From Candidatus Iainarchaeum sp. (lineage in GTDB: Archaea; Iainarchaeota; Iainarchaeia; Iainarchaeales; JAZDEL01), in NCBI GenBank assembly GCA_043808785.1, contig JAZDEL010000001.1:180001-212000 (forward strand): a DNA stretch of 32,000 nt, read 5' to 3'. The number at the start of each line of letters is the position of its first letter. Position 1 is the first letter of the stretch. Below are positions 1-7,904 of the stretch, piece after piece. The translations under genes and the position numbers were made by a program. The notes under the pieces were generated by a model, which had not been told where the DNA came from, did no database searches, and saw nothing but the letters and a program-made list of their open reading frames with translations.

Positions 1-514
1 TGCCGAAGGTGTTCTTCCATCCCGCAACATCCGGCGCACCCGGCCTTGTTATTCCCGAGTCAAGCACAACAATCAGTTTCCCGCCGCGCTTTACGTAGCC
101 CTCTATGGCTTCGCCGAGTTCGCGCGATACCGACTTATTCGCCTGCTCCTGCTGGTCGAGCATCACAATATCGTAATATGCCAGCTGCTCCTTCGGGTTC
201 CTCTCAAGCATGGAAGGGTCCATTATCCTGTATGCCACAAGATCGCGCGAGTCGTCGAGTATTGTTATTACTTCCTGCGATGTCGCGCCTATTATGAGCA
301 TGCTCGATGGCTGGCTCTTGCCCTTTATAATGTCCGCAACAACCCCCACAACGGGCGTGTTGCTGGTTATCACATCAAACTGCACCGCAAGGAAAAACCC
401 TATCACAAGAATGAGAATAACGGGAATAAGCCCCTCAAGGTTGTGCGTTACCGCGTACTTGAAATTTCCCCCGCCCCCGGGTTCCGGTGCCGCGCCCCCC
501 TCTTCAGGATACAT
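1..514 (-). CDS. membrane-anchored hypothetical protein, 3' end cut by window edge (paralog of 646..1677)
   Basis: Not in the ORF track because it runs off the left edge. Reverse translation from the ATG at 514-512 gives MYPEEGGAAPEPGGGGNFKYAVTHNLEGLIPVILILVIGFFLAVQFDV...YDIVMLDQQEQANKSVSRELGEAIEGYVKRGGKLIVVLDSG..., open to position 1. It has one N-terminal TM helix. The layout and motifs match the next ORF (YQLVIVEH...DYAIGGGRLVWTGDAG). Confidence 0.6.
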   Translation of the reverse strand, partial: MYPEEGGAAPEPGGGGNFKYAVTHNLEGLIPVILILVIGFFLAVQFDVITSNTPVVGVVADIIKGKSQPSSMLIIGATSQEVITILDDSRDLVAYRIMDPSMLERNPKEQLAYYDIVMLDQQEQANKSVSRELGEAIEGYVKRGGKLIVVLDSGITRPGAPDVAGWKNTFG

Positions 515-645
515 CAATTCACCTTTCCAGCGGTTTTCCCGATTATATTTCTGCTTCACTCTGATTATATACCTTACGCATGCGCGCTGCGCAGCGTAAA
601 CATTAACCGCTTTGGGGTTAATAAACTTTTCCCCAGCCCTTGCGC

Positions 646-1677
646 CTACGAAATCCTCAGCATGCCGTAATACATATTCTCCACAAGGCTGTAGTAGCAG
701 TGCTCGGTGCATTCCTCCCCCGGCTCGTTCGGCCTGACGAACTGTTCGGGGGGCAGGGCATAATAAGCCCACCTCTCTCCAGTCCCCGCGGTTACGATAA
801 CCGGAAAGTTCCTTCCCAAATCCATTTTGTTCTTCGAGATAAGGTTCCCGCCGTAATCCACGCTGAGCACGCGCGTGCTGCTTCCCCCTTCCTCGTCCAC
901 AATCGCGAAATCCCCATACATTATGAGGTTCGGGTTCAGGCCGTAAATCAGCGGGTGCTCGTTCTCCTGCCCTATGTCAAGCCTTCCTATCTGCGGCGCC
1001 CCGCTTTTACAATCCTTGAACTGGCAGTAATTCCCTATGTACCTGAGGTTAAGCATCGTGTCGAGGTTTATGCTGAGGTTCCTGTCCCCGTCGCGGTAAT
1101 GCCTTGCCCACGGGCTGAGTTCCTTAACCTGCGCGCGCCACATGCAGTTTATGTCGTCTATCTTCAGCTGCTTGTCGCGCCAGAGCTTCTCCTGGTCTAT
1201 GTCCTCGCATATATCCAGGCCCGCGCGCTCGTACTGGTAAAGCATCCTGTCGCCCGAAGCAAGTTCCGCTCCCGCGTCCCCCGTCCATACAAGCCTTCCT
1301 CCCCCGATTGCGTAATCCACAAGCATCTTCATTTTCTCGGTGCTCATTGTGCGCGCGTGCTCCACAATTACAAGCTGGTATTTTTTCAGGTTCCCGAGGG
1401 TTACGGTATCGATGTGCGCGGTGCGCGCCCTAACGCCTATGCGCCCCCTGTCCCCGAGTACGCTCTGCAGCAGCTGCGGGTCCCCCAGCCCGTCATCGCC
1501 GTAAACAATCAGCACCTGCGGCTCGCCGAAAACCGCCCGCCACACTGTGCAGCCCTCGGGGATAACATTGCAGCCGAAGACCCACATCACGACGCCGAGC
1601 AGCACTCCAACAAGCACGAGCAGGATTGCGGCCCTGTACGCCAGGTATGGCAAAGACTGCTGCTGCATTCCGTTCAT
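646..1677 (-). CDS. membrane-anchored hypothetical protein (tandem paralog of 1..514)
   Basis: Track ORF 646..1686. I prefer the ATG at 1677 (MNGMQQQ...), which has GGGCGGTG 6 nt upstream, over the GTG at 1686. An N-terminal TM helix (AAILLVLVGVLLGVVMWVF) is followed by a soluble domain. No family recognised with confidence. Confidence 0.65.
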   Translation of the reverse strand: MNGMQQQSLPYLAYRAAILLVLVGVLLGVVMWVFGCNVIPEGCTVWRAVFGEPQVLIVYGDDGLGDPQLLQSVLGDRGRIGVRARTAHIDTVTLGNLKKYQLVIVEHARTMSTEKMKMLVDYAIGGGRLVWTGDAGAELASGDRMLYQYERAGLDICEDIDQEKLWRDKQLKIDDINCMWRAQVKELSPWARHYRDGDRNLSINLDTMLNLRYIGNYCQFKDCKSGAPQIGRLDIGQENEHPLIYGLNPNLIMYGDFAIVDEEGGSSTRVLSVDYGGNLISKNKMDLGRNFPVIVTAGTGERWAYYALPPEQFVRPNEPGEECTEHCYYSLVENMYYGMLRIS

Positions 1678-2004
1678 TTCACGCACCGCCCTTTGCGCCG
1701 CAATATGCCTGCCGCATTCCGTTCATTGCCCGCACCTTCCGCACATCGGGCTTTGCAAGGTTGCCGCATTCCCACTCACCAAAAACACCCTTTCCATTTC
1801 GCCGATTCGGTCTGCAGGGTTCGCCGCAGCTGCAAACCCGCACCCGCTCAGCCGAACCAAAAGGTTTTTATGCCTTGGTCGGCACTAATCTAATAGTAAC
1901 CCCGCATATTTAATTGTTTTTGTTGGGTTATGCGCGGGCTTGCCGCGCATGAAAATGTGAAAAGGCCCTGGCGGCGCTTGTGCCGCCAAAGCAAAGGTGA
2001 AAAA

Positions 2005-2178
2005 ATGAAATTCCAGAAAAGCCCTTCCGCATCCCAGGGTTCCGGGCCGAGCTCGAGCATAGGGATAATGCGCTTCTTCGATGTCGAAAGCGGCGGCCCG
2101 AAGCTGAGCCCGGAGTTCGTGCTCGCGGTTGCGGTCGTTTTCAGCGTTATTATGCTGGCGCTGCATTTGATGGGCTGA
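2005..2178 (+). CDS. secG: preprotein translocase subunit Sec61beta (archaeal SecG)
   Basis: Lies inside track ORF 1930..2178. The internal ATG at 2005 is preceded by AGGTGA (1995-2000). The product is MKFQKSPSASQGSGPSSSIGIMRFFDVESGGPKLSPEFVLAVAVVFSVIMLALHLMG. This is a short tail-anchored protein with the IGIxRFFD-type motif and a C-terminal TM helix, as in archaeal Sec61beta. Confidence 0.8.
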   Translation: MKFQKSPSASQGSGPSSSIGIMRFFDVESGGPKLSPEFVLAVAVVFSVIMLALHLMG

Positions 2179-2363
2179 GCCTGCCGCTTGCCAGTTTGTC
2201 CAAATCGGCAACTGTCCTGCTCCTGAACCCGTATTTCTTGATGTGCCTGCGGCAGGACTCAATCATTTCCTTAACGACTTCATCGCGGATTTCCTTGCCC
2301 ATATGTTCGCCCCCATCACACCCGGCAAAATTGGCAAGAATCTCTATTATGCAGCCGTGTGCC

Positions 2364-2696
2364 CTAATCGTAAAACTTGTCCCTGTGCCCGCAGTCAAAA
2401 AACTTTATGGCCTCATTATCCATGCCGGTACAATCAGCACACCCGTTTAAGGCAGTGTGCCCAAGCCTTCTGCACTCCTCGCAAACTGCGAAAGTCACGC
2501 GGTATTTTCCCGCCCTTTTTTTCCTCTTTCCCCTGAACTGCCCCGCAAGAAAAGGGCTGTTATAAAACGGGTTTTCGATAACGCCGTCGACGAGATGTTT
2601 TATTCTTTCCTGCACGGCCTTTTCCAGCTTGCCAAAGTTTTTCTGGAAGACGGATGTGAACCGCGCCTCGTAATTAGCCCCCGAAGACCCTTGCAT
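2364..2696 (-). CDS. RelE/ParE-family toxin with an inserted CxxC-x10-CxxC zinc-ribbon-like loop
   Basis: 110 aa starting at the ATG at 2696. YEARFTSVFQKNFGKLEKAVQERIKHLVDGVIENP...LAGQFRGKRKKRAGKYRVTFAV...IKFFDCGHRDKFY follows the RelE/ParE pattern. The pattern is interrupted by CEECRRLGHTALNGCADC. The gene overlaps the upstream ORF by 23 nt, a typical TA operon layout. Confidence 0.75.
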   Translation of the reverse strand: MQGSSGANYEARFTSVFQKNFGKLEKAVQERIKHLVDGVIENPFYNSPFLAGQFRGKRKKRAGKYRVTFAVCEECRRLGHTALNGCADCTGMDNEAIKFFDCGHRDKFYD

Positions 2697-3327
2697 ATGT
2701 CAGCGCCCTCTCCCCTTTGGCTTTGGCAGCAGCGGCTTTGAGGGATTCGCATTCCTCGGCGTTCAGGTAAGTCATCAGGGTCTCAAGCCAGCCCTCGTCT
2801 ATTTTAAAAATTTTCTTCGCGTTTTCCTCGGGCAGGTTAATCAGGAGCGGGGTTTTTTCGGGCATTTCTCCGATAGGCAGGTCGCCGGCAGGGGTTTTTA
2901 TGGTCATTGCATAGATTTCTTTTTTCAGTTCCGCCAAGTTGCGGCCGGATTCGGCACGGACAACTTTCGCAATCCTTGCCATGATTTCCTTGTTATCCTC
3001 AAATACAGGCGCCATTTCCCTGAGTATTGCGTTCCCTTTGGCGGTAAGCCTGGCGTTTGAAGTTATGAGCCCCTCCTCCACCAGGCCCTGGTAGTCCTCG
3101 AAGCCGAGTTCAAATGAGAACGGGCCGTAGTGGTAGCGCACAAAGGGATAGCTGAACGCCTTTATCCTCTCTTTTTGCAGGCTGTGCTCTGCCTTGAATA
3201 TGATTTTCACAAGCTTTGTGATGCCTTCCGCCCTTCCGTGCCTGTTCGCTTCGCTAATCGAATAGAGCAAAAGCAGGTTGTCTATAGCCTTCTCCCTCGC
3301 GCTTCTGGAAGCCATTAAACCGCCCAT
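2674..3327 (-). CDS. Panacea/SocA (DUF4065)-like putative antitoxin
   Basis: Track ORF 2674..3339 begins with TTG. ATG candidates are at 3327 and 3315, so the start is uncertain. GITKLVKIIFKAEHSL...FVRYHYGPFSFELGFEDYQGLVEEGLI resembles the DUF4065/Panacea core (TKLxKLLY...W.YGPv). The gene sits directly upstream of the RelE-like gene and overlaps it. Confidence 0.55.
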   Translation of the reverse strand: MGGLMASRSAREKAIDNLLLLYSISEANRHGRAEGITKLVKIIFKAEHSLQKERIKAFSYPFVRYHYGPFSFELGFEDYQGLVEEGLITSNARLTAKGNAILREMAPVFEDNKEIMARIAKVVRAESGRNLAELKKEIYAMTIKTPAGDLPIGEMPEKTPLLINLPEENAKKIFKIDEGWLETLMTYLNAEECESLKAAAAKAKGERALTYARVFGG

Positions 3328-3342
3328 ATAGTGTTTCAACTT

Positions 3343-4110
3343 CTATAAAATATTATCCCTGCCGCCCCGTTTATAAATGGCTATGAGGGTGGGTTTCCAG
3401 TGCGGCGGCCCGCGCCGCGGTTTGTCGGGCAAGCAAAGCCGTTCGCAGCTGCGCGCGAGCGCACTACTTGCCTTTTTTCCCCCTTTTTCTACAAATATCC
3501 CCCTGACTGCATCATATTCATACCCTGGCATCGGAGTCGTTTTCTCGGTAAAATATCCCTTCTCAATCAAACTGCGGACAAAGTTGCGATATTTGGAATA
3601 GCGGGCAATTGAAGACTTCTCCTGCCCAATCTTAGTGTGCAAATGCCTCAAGGTGGCGCGCAACTTTGATGCTTCTTTCATCGGCATATCAATCAATTTT
3701 TTTTGTGCCTTGAGGTGGTAATACCCAATAACCTTCCCATAAGGGTTAATAGTCGCAATATGCCAGACGTTTATCTTTTTGCGCCTGCTCCAGGCATCTC
3801 CGACGAATGCCCTTAAATCACCGATGGAAGGTAAAGAGGAAGTGGCGATGCCGCGAAGTTCCGGCGCTAGAGCGTCCAAAACTGCCTCAGGGTGCGTATG
3901 AATATGCGATTTCTCGGTGCCTTTTTTAAACGACCTAATCCCAAACCATGGCATTCGAAAAAGAATTCCACGGCGCATTTTGCCCGCAGTTCCCTTGTCT
4001 TTGAAGTAGGACATTTCCATAAAGTCTATGAATCGCGTTTCTTCTATCCTCTGTTTGGCGGTTTTATAGCCTGATGGCAGTCCTTTTGTCTTGCTTGCCT
4101 TTATCATCAC
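3343..4110 (-). CDS. hypothetical protein with possible JAB/MPN (JAMM)-like motif
   Basis: 255-aa ORF with a GTG at 4110 and an ATG at 4107. A TATA-like CTTTTTATATTT lies about 20-25 nt upstream. The protein contains SHIHTHPE...(about 20 aa)...LPSIGDL, which resembles the JAMM H-x-H-P ... S-x-x-D signature but with an unusually long spacer. Confidence 0.5.
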   Translation of the reverse strand: MMIKASKTKGLPSGYKTAKQRIEETRFIDFMEMSYFKDKGTAGKMRRGILFRMPWFGIRSFKKGTEKSHIHTHPEAVLDALAPELRGIATSSLPSIGDLRAFVGDAWSRRKKINVWHIATINPYGKVIGYYHLKAQKKLIDMPMKEASKLRATLRHLHTKIGQEKSSIARYSKYRNFVRSLIEKGYFTEKTTPMPGYEYDAVRGIFVEKGGKKASSALARSCERLCLPDKPRRGPPHWKPTLIAIYKRGGRDNIL

Positions 4111-4152
4111 TATACATTGGGGATCGAAATATAAAAAGATTCCGCAGCGCTT

Positions 4153-4296
4153 CCCCGCGAACCCCCTCCCCTGAAAACCTTGTCATCCCCAGCCATTACC
4201 ACCTCCCATTCGGGTTTTTTCTTACGCCTCGGCGTTTTCGGCTTTAAGCCTTTCCCCCTGATGGGGTCGGTGCGCCTAAAGGCATTGTTCGGGCAC
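4153..4296. repeat. dispersed repeat copy A (relic of the fused 5' ends of the 137-aa and 357-aa genes)
   Basis: Positions 4191-4234 match 6887-6930 at 43/44 nt (agccattaccacctcccattcgggttttttcttacgNctcggcg), and the flanks are about 80% similar. The distal part resembles the 5' end of 5414..5827. The proximal part resembles the 5' end of 4313..5386 but is frame-shifted. Confidence 0.8.
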
Positions 4297-4312
4297 AAAC
4301 CGCCCCGATTTT

Positions 4313-5386
4313 TTACCTGCCGCCTTGGTTTCCGCGCACAGGCACGGAGCGGACGTTCGGGAACTCGCGCAGGTCGCGAAGGACGCCTTCAACAATTTTT
4401 CGGTTGTTGGCACATGCATAAACAACATTCTGTGCCAGTTTTTTTTCGACAAACTGCTTGTCAACTTCAAACTCTTCTGCAGTTTTTTTAGATATTTCTT
4501 TAAAAATCTCGCTTTTTTTCTTTTCGTCCAGCCAGCCGTGGGGCGTAATTCTAAGCCCTTCCTGCAAAATATTTGCGAGCCTCTTCCGCCCATATTCCCC
4601 CAATATTTTGGTAAAATCCTTGTATGGCATTTCAGAACCGTGGTCCAACCTAAGCTGTCGCGCAAAACGCTCTGTCGTGCTTTTTCCGCTGAGAAAATCA
4701 AAAGCGTGCCTTAAACGATTAAAATCCTCCCCTGCCCTATCGTATTTTTGCAGTTCATTAAACAATTCGTGGCTTACGCCATATTGCACGAATACCCTAT
4801 CTTTGAACTTACCTCCCCCTTGCACACGCATCACAGGGCGCCAGCGTTTTAGTGACTCGTGGCTTAATGGAATGTACTCTGAAATGCTTCCGACCTTTCC
4901 CGGATGTTGTGCATTGGTGGCGCCAGCAATTTCCTTCCCTTGTTGCCAATCTTTATCACCGATTTTGACAAAAAGACCGTGGAACACCTGCACATTTGGC
5001 GGAGTTGCCTTACTGTTCTTGAGGGCTGTGTGCTGTAGGCTGAAATAGCAAAGCCTTTTCGGGTTTTTTATATCATAGAAAGTTATGTTTGTTAAGTTTC
5101 CCTTTGGCAGCTTTAACTCCGGGTGTCCGTATGCTTCCCTGAATTTCCCCCAGTATTCCTTTGAGCGCGCGGGAATTCCGCCGCGCCTGATGCTCGGCAG
5201 CAGGAACTTTTTCACGAACTCGCTCGGCGTGGTGTGCTTCTTCATTGCCGCAAGAACCATTCTTGACATCTGCGCACCTGTTAGAATAACGGCCCCGAAG
5301 TTTAAATATTTGCCCCCTGAAGCCCCCGCGAACCCTCGCCCGCATGCCCCTGCGCCCCCATCACCTCCCCCGAAGAATTTTTTCAT
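4313..5386 (-). CDS. hypothetical protein (Gly-rich N-terminus)
   Basis: 357-aa ORF starting at the ATG at 5386, MKKFFGGGDGGAGACGRGFAGASGG.... No recognisable domain. Its first ~20 codons (5322-5386) are homologous to repeat copies A and B. Confidence 0.7.
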   Translation of the reverse strand: MKKFFGGGDGGAGACGRGFAGASGGKYLNFGAVILTGAQMSRMVLAAMKKHTTPSEFVKKFLLPSIRRGGIPARSKEYWGKFREAYGHPELKLPKGNLTNITFYDIKNPKRLCYFSLQHTALKNSKATPPNVQVFHGLFVKIGDKDWQQGKEIAGATNAQHPGKVGSISEYIPLSHESLKRWRPVMRVQGGGKFKDRVFVQYGVSHELFNELQKYDRAGEDFNRLRHAFDFLSGKSTTERFARQLRLDHGSEMPYKDFTKILGEYGRKRLANILQEGLRITPHGWLDEKKKSEIFKEISKKTAEEFEVDKQFVEKKLAQNVVYACANNRKIVEGVLRDLREFPNVRSVPVRGNQGGR

Positions 5387-5413
5387 ATAGGGGGTTTTCC
5401 CGCCAAATGCAAT

Positions 5414-5827
5414 TTAATGCGCGGGAATGCCCATCTCCCGCAGCTGCTTTTTAATAAGCTTCTTGGCAGCATCCGTAATCTCCTTCCTCGGCCCGAGTGC
5501 AGCAATATCGTATTGGCTGTTCATCTGGCTGGCTGCATTCTTTATTGCGTTTGCCCCGCCCACCTTGAGGCTTTTGAAGTGCGCATGCAATATCTGCGAG
5601 GCGGCGTTGCGGGGAATTCCCAACTGGAAGAGAACATAACCGTGATTCCTTATTTCTATGCCCGCCCTATTTGCCAGGCCGCAAAGGTTCCGCATGATGT
5701 TTTGTTTTTTCTTTTTTTTAAAGAACCTTTTTATTGCACCATTGCGCCTGACGGGCTTCGGCCTTTGTTTTCTCCTAAGAGGGCCCATGCCCCCGAAGGG
5801 GTCCATACCGCTGCGGAACTTCGGCAC
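5414..5827 (-). CDS. small basic hypothetical protein
   Basis: 137-aa ORF with a GTG start at 5827. The N-terminus is highly basic (MPKFRSGMDPFGGMGPLRRKQRPKPVRRNGAIKRFFKKKKK) and is followed by a ~90-aa globular part. The stop lies 27 nt upstream of the next gene's ATG. The 5' end is homologous to the distal part of repeats A and B. Confidence 0.55.
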   Translation of the reverse strand: MPKFRSGMDPFGGMGPLRRKQRPKPVRRNGAIKRFFKKKKKQNIMRNLCGLANRAGIEIRNHGYVLFQLGIPRNAASQILHAHFKSLKVGGANAIKNAASQMNSQYDIAALGPRKEITDAAKKLIKKQLREMGIPAH

Positions 5828-5979
5828 AAAAACACCATACAGAATGTGCTCTCCATGCTTAAATAATTTTGCCCCTGCCCTCGTCGCCCCACTGCGCTTC
5901 GATTACCCTCTCCTCGCCCATCGGAAATATACCCCCCGCGAAACCTCCCGCGCGCACTGCCGCCCCCCCCAATAATTCC

Positions 5980-6756
5980 CTACCTGCCGTTTCGCCCAAC
6001 TATCAGATGGATGTTGTTGTTCGGCTCCTTGCTGTCTGTTCGCACAGCCCTGCTCTCAACGGCCTTTGCCCCGAACCTTTCCATGAGCGCGGCAATTTCA
6101 GCAGGTTTTGGCGGGCGCGTACGGTATTCCGGGCGATAAACAATAACTATCCCGCCGCCCGGTTTCAGCCTTGAAAACATGTGGCCGAGGGCCTTTTCTG
6201 CATCTTTCACATGGTGAAACGACTCGTTGGAAATTATCAGGTCAACCGATTTTTCTTTCAGGGGGGATTCCTCGAATGTGCCGGGCACAACGGAAACTTT
6301 TTTGCGCCCCCTGGGCCCCAGTATGTTGAGCGCAACCCTCGGCACCTGTTTCGCCATCTCGCGAAGGGGCTCTACGCCGATAATTTTGCCGATATTCGGA
6401 AACTCCTTGGCAAGGAAGCATTCGTGGTGCAGGTTTCCCGCGCCGTAACTTGCGACCGTCGCCCCCTTTGGCAGGTTTAATCTGGAAACGCCCTCAACAA
6501 GAGCCCTATGGTCAATTATATTGTCTTCCGAACTGTAAATTTTGCCGTACTTCCTCGCCATGTAGCGGAATCTTTTTCCTTCGTCCTTTCCAGCCTCTGA
6601 CAGCCGCCTCAGCTTTTCCCTGCTTTTCGGATTAAGCCCGTGGTAAAAGTTGGCATATTCATCAAAGGTCATTCTCCAGCTCGGCTTGAACCAGAGCGCA
6701 AATTGCCCCAATCTGCCTGGTTTCTGCCCGATTTTTGCCCGCGGATTTCTGCCCAT
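5980..6756 (-). CDS. class I SAM-dependent methyltransferase
   Basis: 258 aa. VASYGAGNLHHECFLAKEFPNIGKIIGVEP is motif I plus an acidic post-I residue. VDLIISNESFHHVKD and LKPGGGIVIV are typical of Methyltransf_11/25-type enzymes. Confidence 0.8.
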   Translation of the reverse strand: MGRNPRAKIGQKPGRLGQFALWFKPSWRMTFDEYANFYHGLNPKSREKLRRLSEAGKDEGKRFRYMARKYGKIYSSEDNIIDHRALVEGVSRLNLPKGATVASYGAGNLHHECFLAKEFPNIGKIIGVEPLREMAKQVPRVALNILGPRGRKKVSVVPGTFEESPLKEKSVDLIISNESFHHVKDAEKALGHMFSRLKPGGGIVIVYRPEYRTRPPKPAEIAALMERFGAKAVESRAVRTDSKEPNNNIHLIVGRNGR

Positions 6757-6855
6757 AACGCCACATCAGGCTATGCTGCCAATGCAATAAACGGCAATTC
6801 AAAATATAAATATTTCATTTTCTGAAACACAGGCGCCTCGGCTGAATTTAATTGT

Positions 6856-7000
6856 GCCCCCGCGAACCCTCGCCCGCATGCCTAACAGCCATTACCACCT
6901 CCCATTCGGGTTTTTTCTTACGACTCGGCGCTTCTCGGCTTAAGCATTTCCCCCGCTTGGGGTCGGCTCCGCTGCACGCCAATTACAGCCGTTCCCGGCA
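6856..7000. repeat. dispersed repeat copy B
   Basis: Positions 6887-6930 match copy A at 43/44 nt. Positions 6856-6882 are identical (27/27) to 5322-5348 inside the 357-aa gene. Copy B lies upstream of the TATA-like AATATTTATATTTT of the methyltransferase gene. Confidence 0.8.
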
Positions 7001-7054
7001 AATGCTCGCCAACAGAACGGGCGCGGAAACTTATTCAAGCCGTTTTTGAACCGC

Positions 7055-7696
7055 TCAAAGCCGTACACTCTTGTTTCCGTGAATTTTCTGGTGTGCTTTA
7101 TTCCACAGCAGCCACAGCAGGAGATGGGGGGCTTCGGGCGGGGCATCGCTCTGCTGCAATTTCTCAATCCACCTTTCGGCTGCCGCCTGGGAGCTTACAT
7201 ATGCTTCACCTGCCGTATTCCCCTTCAGCAGCGATTTGACCGCCTGATTTGACACGTCCAGGCACGGTTTCGCAAATTCATCCCGCAGAGGGGTTGCGCT
7301 CTTCTGGGGATTAATGGGAAAGCCGAACAAATCGCAGTATCCTATGAAAGCAGCTGCTCCCGACTGCACGCAGTCCCTCCCGAGTTTTGCCGCGGAACTG
7401 CACGAGCGGCAGTAAATAACTTTGTCCTTAAGCAGCCGTTCATTTTGCCCGCTCTTTATCAGGACTTCATTCCTGTGCCCCGCGACCCAATCCTCGCCGC
7501 CGTGGCCGTTGAACATTGCCAGTTTCGGGTTTTTTCTGCCGAGAAATTTGCCAACCTCCGCGGCGCTTGCCCTTTCCCTCCTGAACTCAAAAACAGCAAG
7601 CCCCTTCTGCTTAGCCAGCTCTATAAGTTCGCCAGCCCATGCCGAAAGGTATGCGGTAGTGTCGTCGTGTTCGGGCAGGGTAATAAAGAATTCCAC
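7055..7696 (-). CDS. hypothetical protein, possible clan CD (caspase/gingipain-like) cysteine peptidase fold
   Basis: 213 aa with a GTG start at 7696. A hydrophobic strand followed by His-Gly (KLAMFNGHGGEDW) and a later hydrophobic strand followed by Cys (KVIYCRSCSSAAKLG) reproduce the order and context of the His/Cys dyad in gingipain/caspase-type enzymes (compare GHGSETAW ... FDVACVNG). Confidence 0.45.
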   Translation of the reverse strand: MEFFITLPEHDDTTAYLSAWAGELIELAKQKGLAVFEFRRERASAAEVGKFLGRKNPKLAMFNGHGGEDWVAGHRNEVLIKSGQNERLLKDKVIYCRSCSSAAKLGRDCVQSGAAAFIGYCDLFGFPINPQKSATPLRDEFAKPCLDVSNQAVKSLLKGNTAGEAYVSSQAAAERWIEKLQQSDAPPEAPHLLLWLLWNKAHQKIHGNKSVRL

Positions 7697-7706
7697 AAAA
7701 TCGCCC

Positions 7707-7904
7707 CTATTTTGAGAATGAGCGCAGATAGCTTAATTGTATTTCTATTATTTTTTCCCCAATCTTGCTGCCCTGCCTTACTTCCCCGATAAGTTCTTCT
7801 TTGCTGAAGACCCCCATGCTGCCCAGCGAAATTTTCATTGTCGGCGGCATGGTTTCCAGCCTGGCAATGACCAGTTTTTTTATTTCATCCTTACTTATTG
7901 CCAT
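7707..7904 (-). CDS. small hypothetical protein (paralog of 7891..8094)
   Basis: Track ORF 7707..7913 starts with GTG. The ATG at 7904 is preceded by GGTGG 5 nt upstream. The product is MAISKDEIKKLVIARLETMPPTMKISLGSMGVFSKEELIGEVRQGSKIGEKIIEIQLSYLRSFSK. It overlaps the upstream paralog by 14 nt. Confidence 0.6.
   Translation of the reverse strand: MAISKDEIKKLVIARLETMPPTMKISLGSMGVFSKEELIGEVRQGSKIGEKIIEIQLSYLRSFSK

Noticed and set aside
2150-2398. 82-aa minus-strand ORF (possible 50-aa product from the ATG at 2302) downstream of the RelE-like gene
   Set aside because: It has no recognisable motif or clear SD box. Its upstream part overlaps the RelE 3' end and its 3' end overlaps the convergent secG gene by 29 nt. 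There is insufficient support to call it.
4110-4298. 62-aa ORF (TTG start) across repeat copy A, considered as a small basic protein gene
   Set aside because: Its distal part is homologous to the 5' end of the 137-aa gene, but the equivalent GTG start is out of frame. Its proximal part is frame-shifted relative to the 357-aa gene's 5' end. Its 3' end overlaps the TATA-like box of the next gene. Copy B has no equivalent intact ORF. It is more likely a relic than a gene, although expression of a small peptide cannot be excluded.
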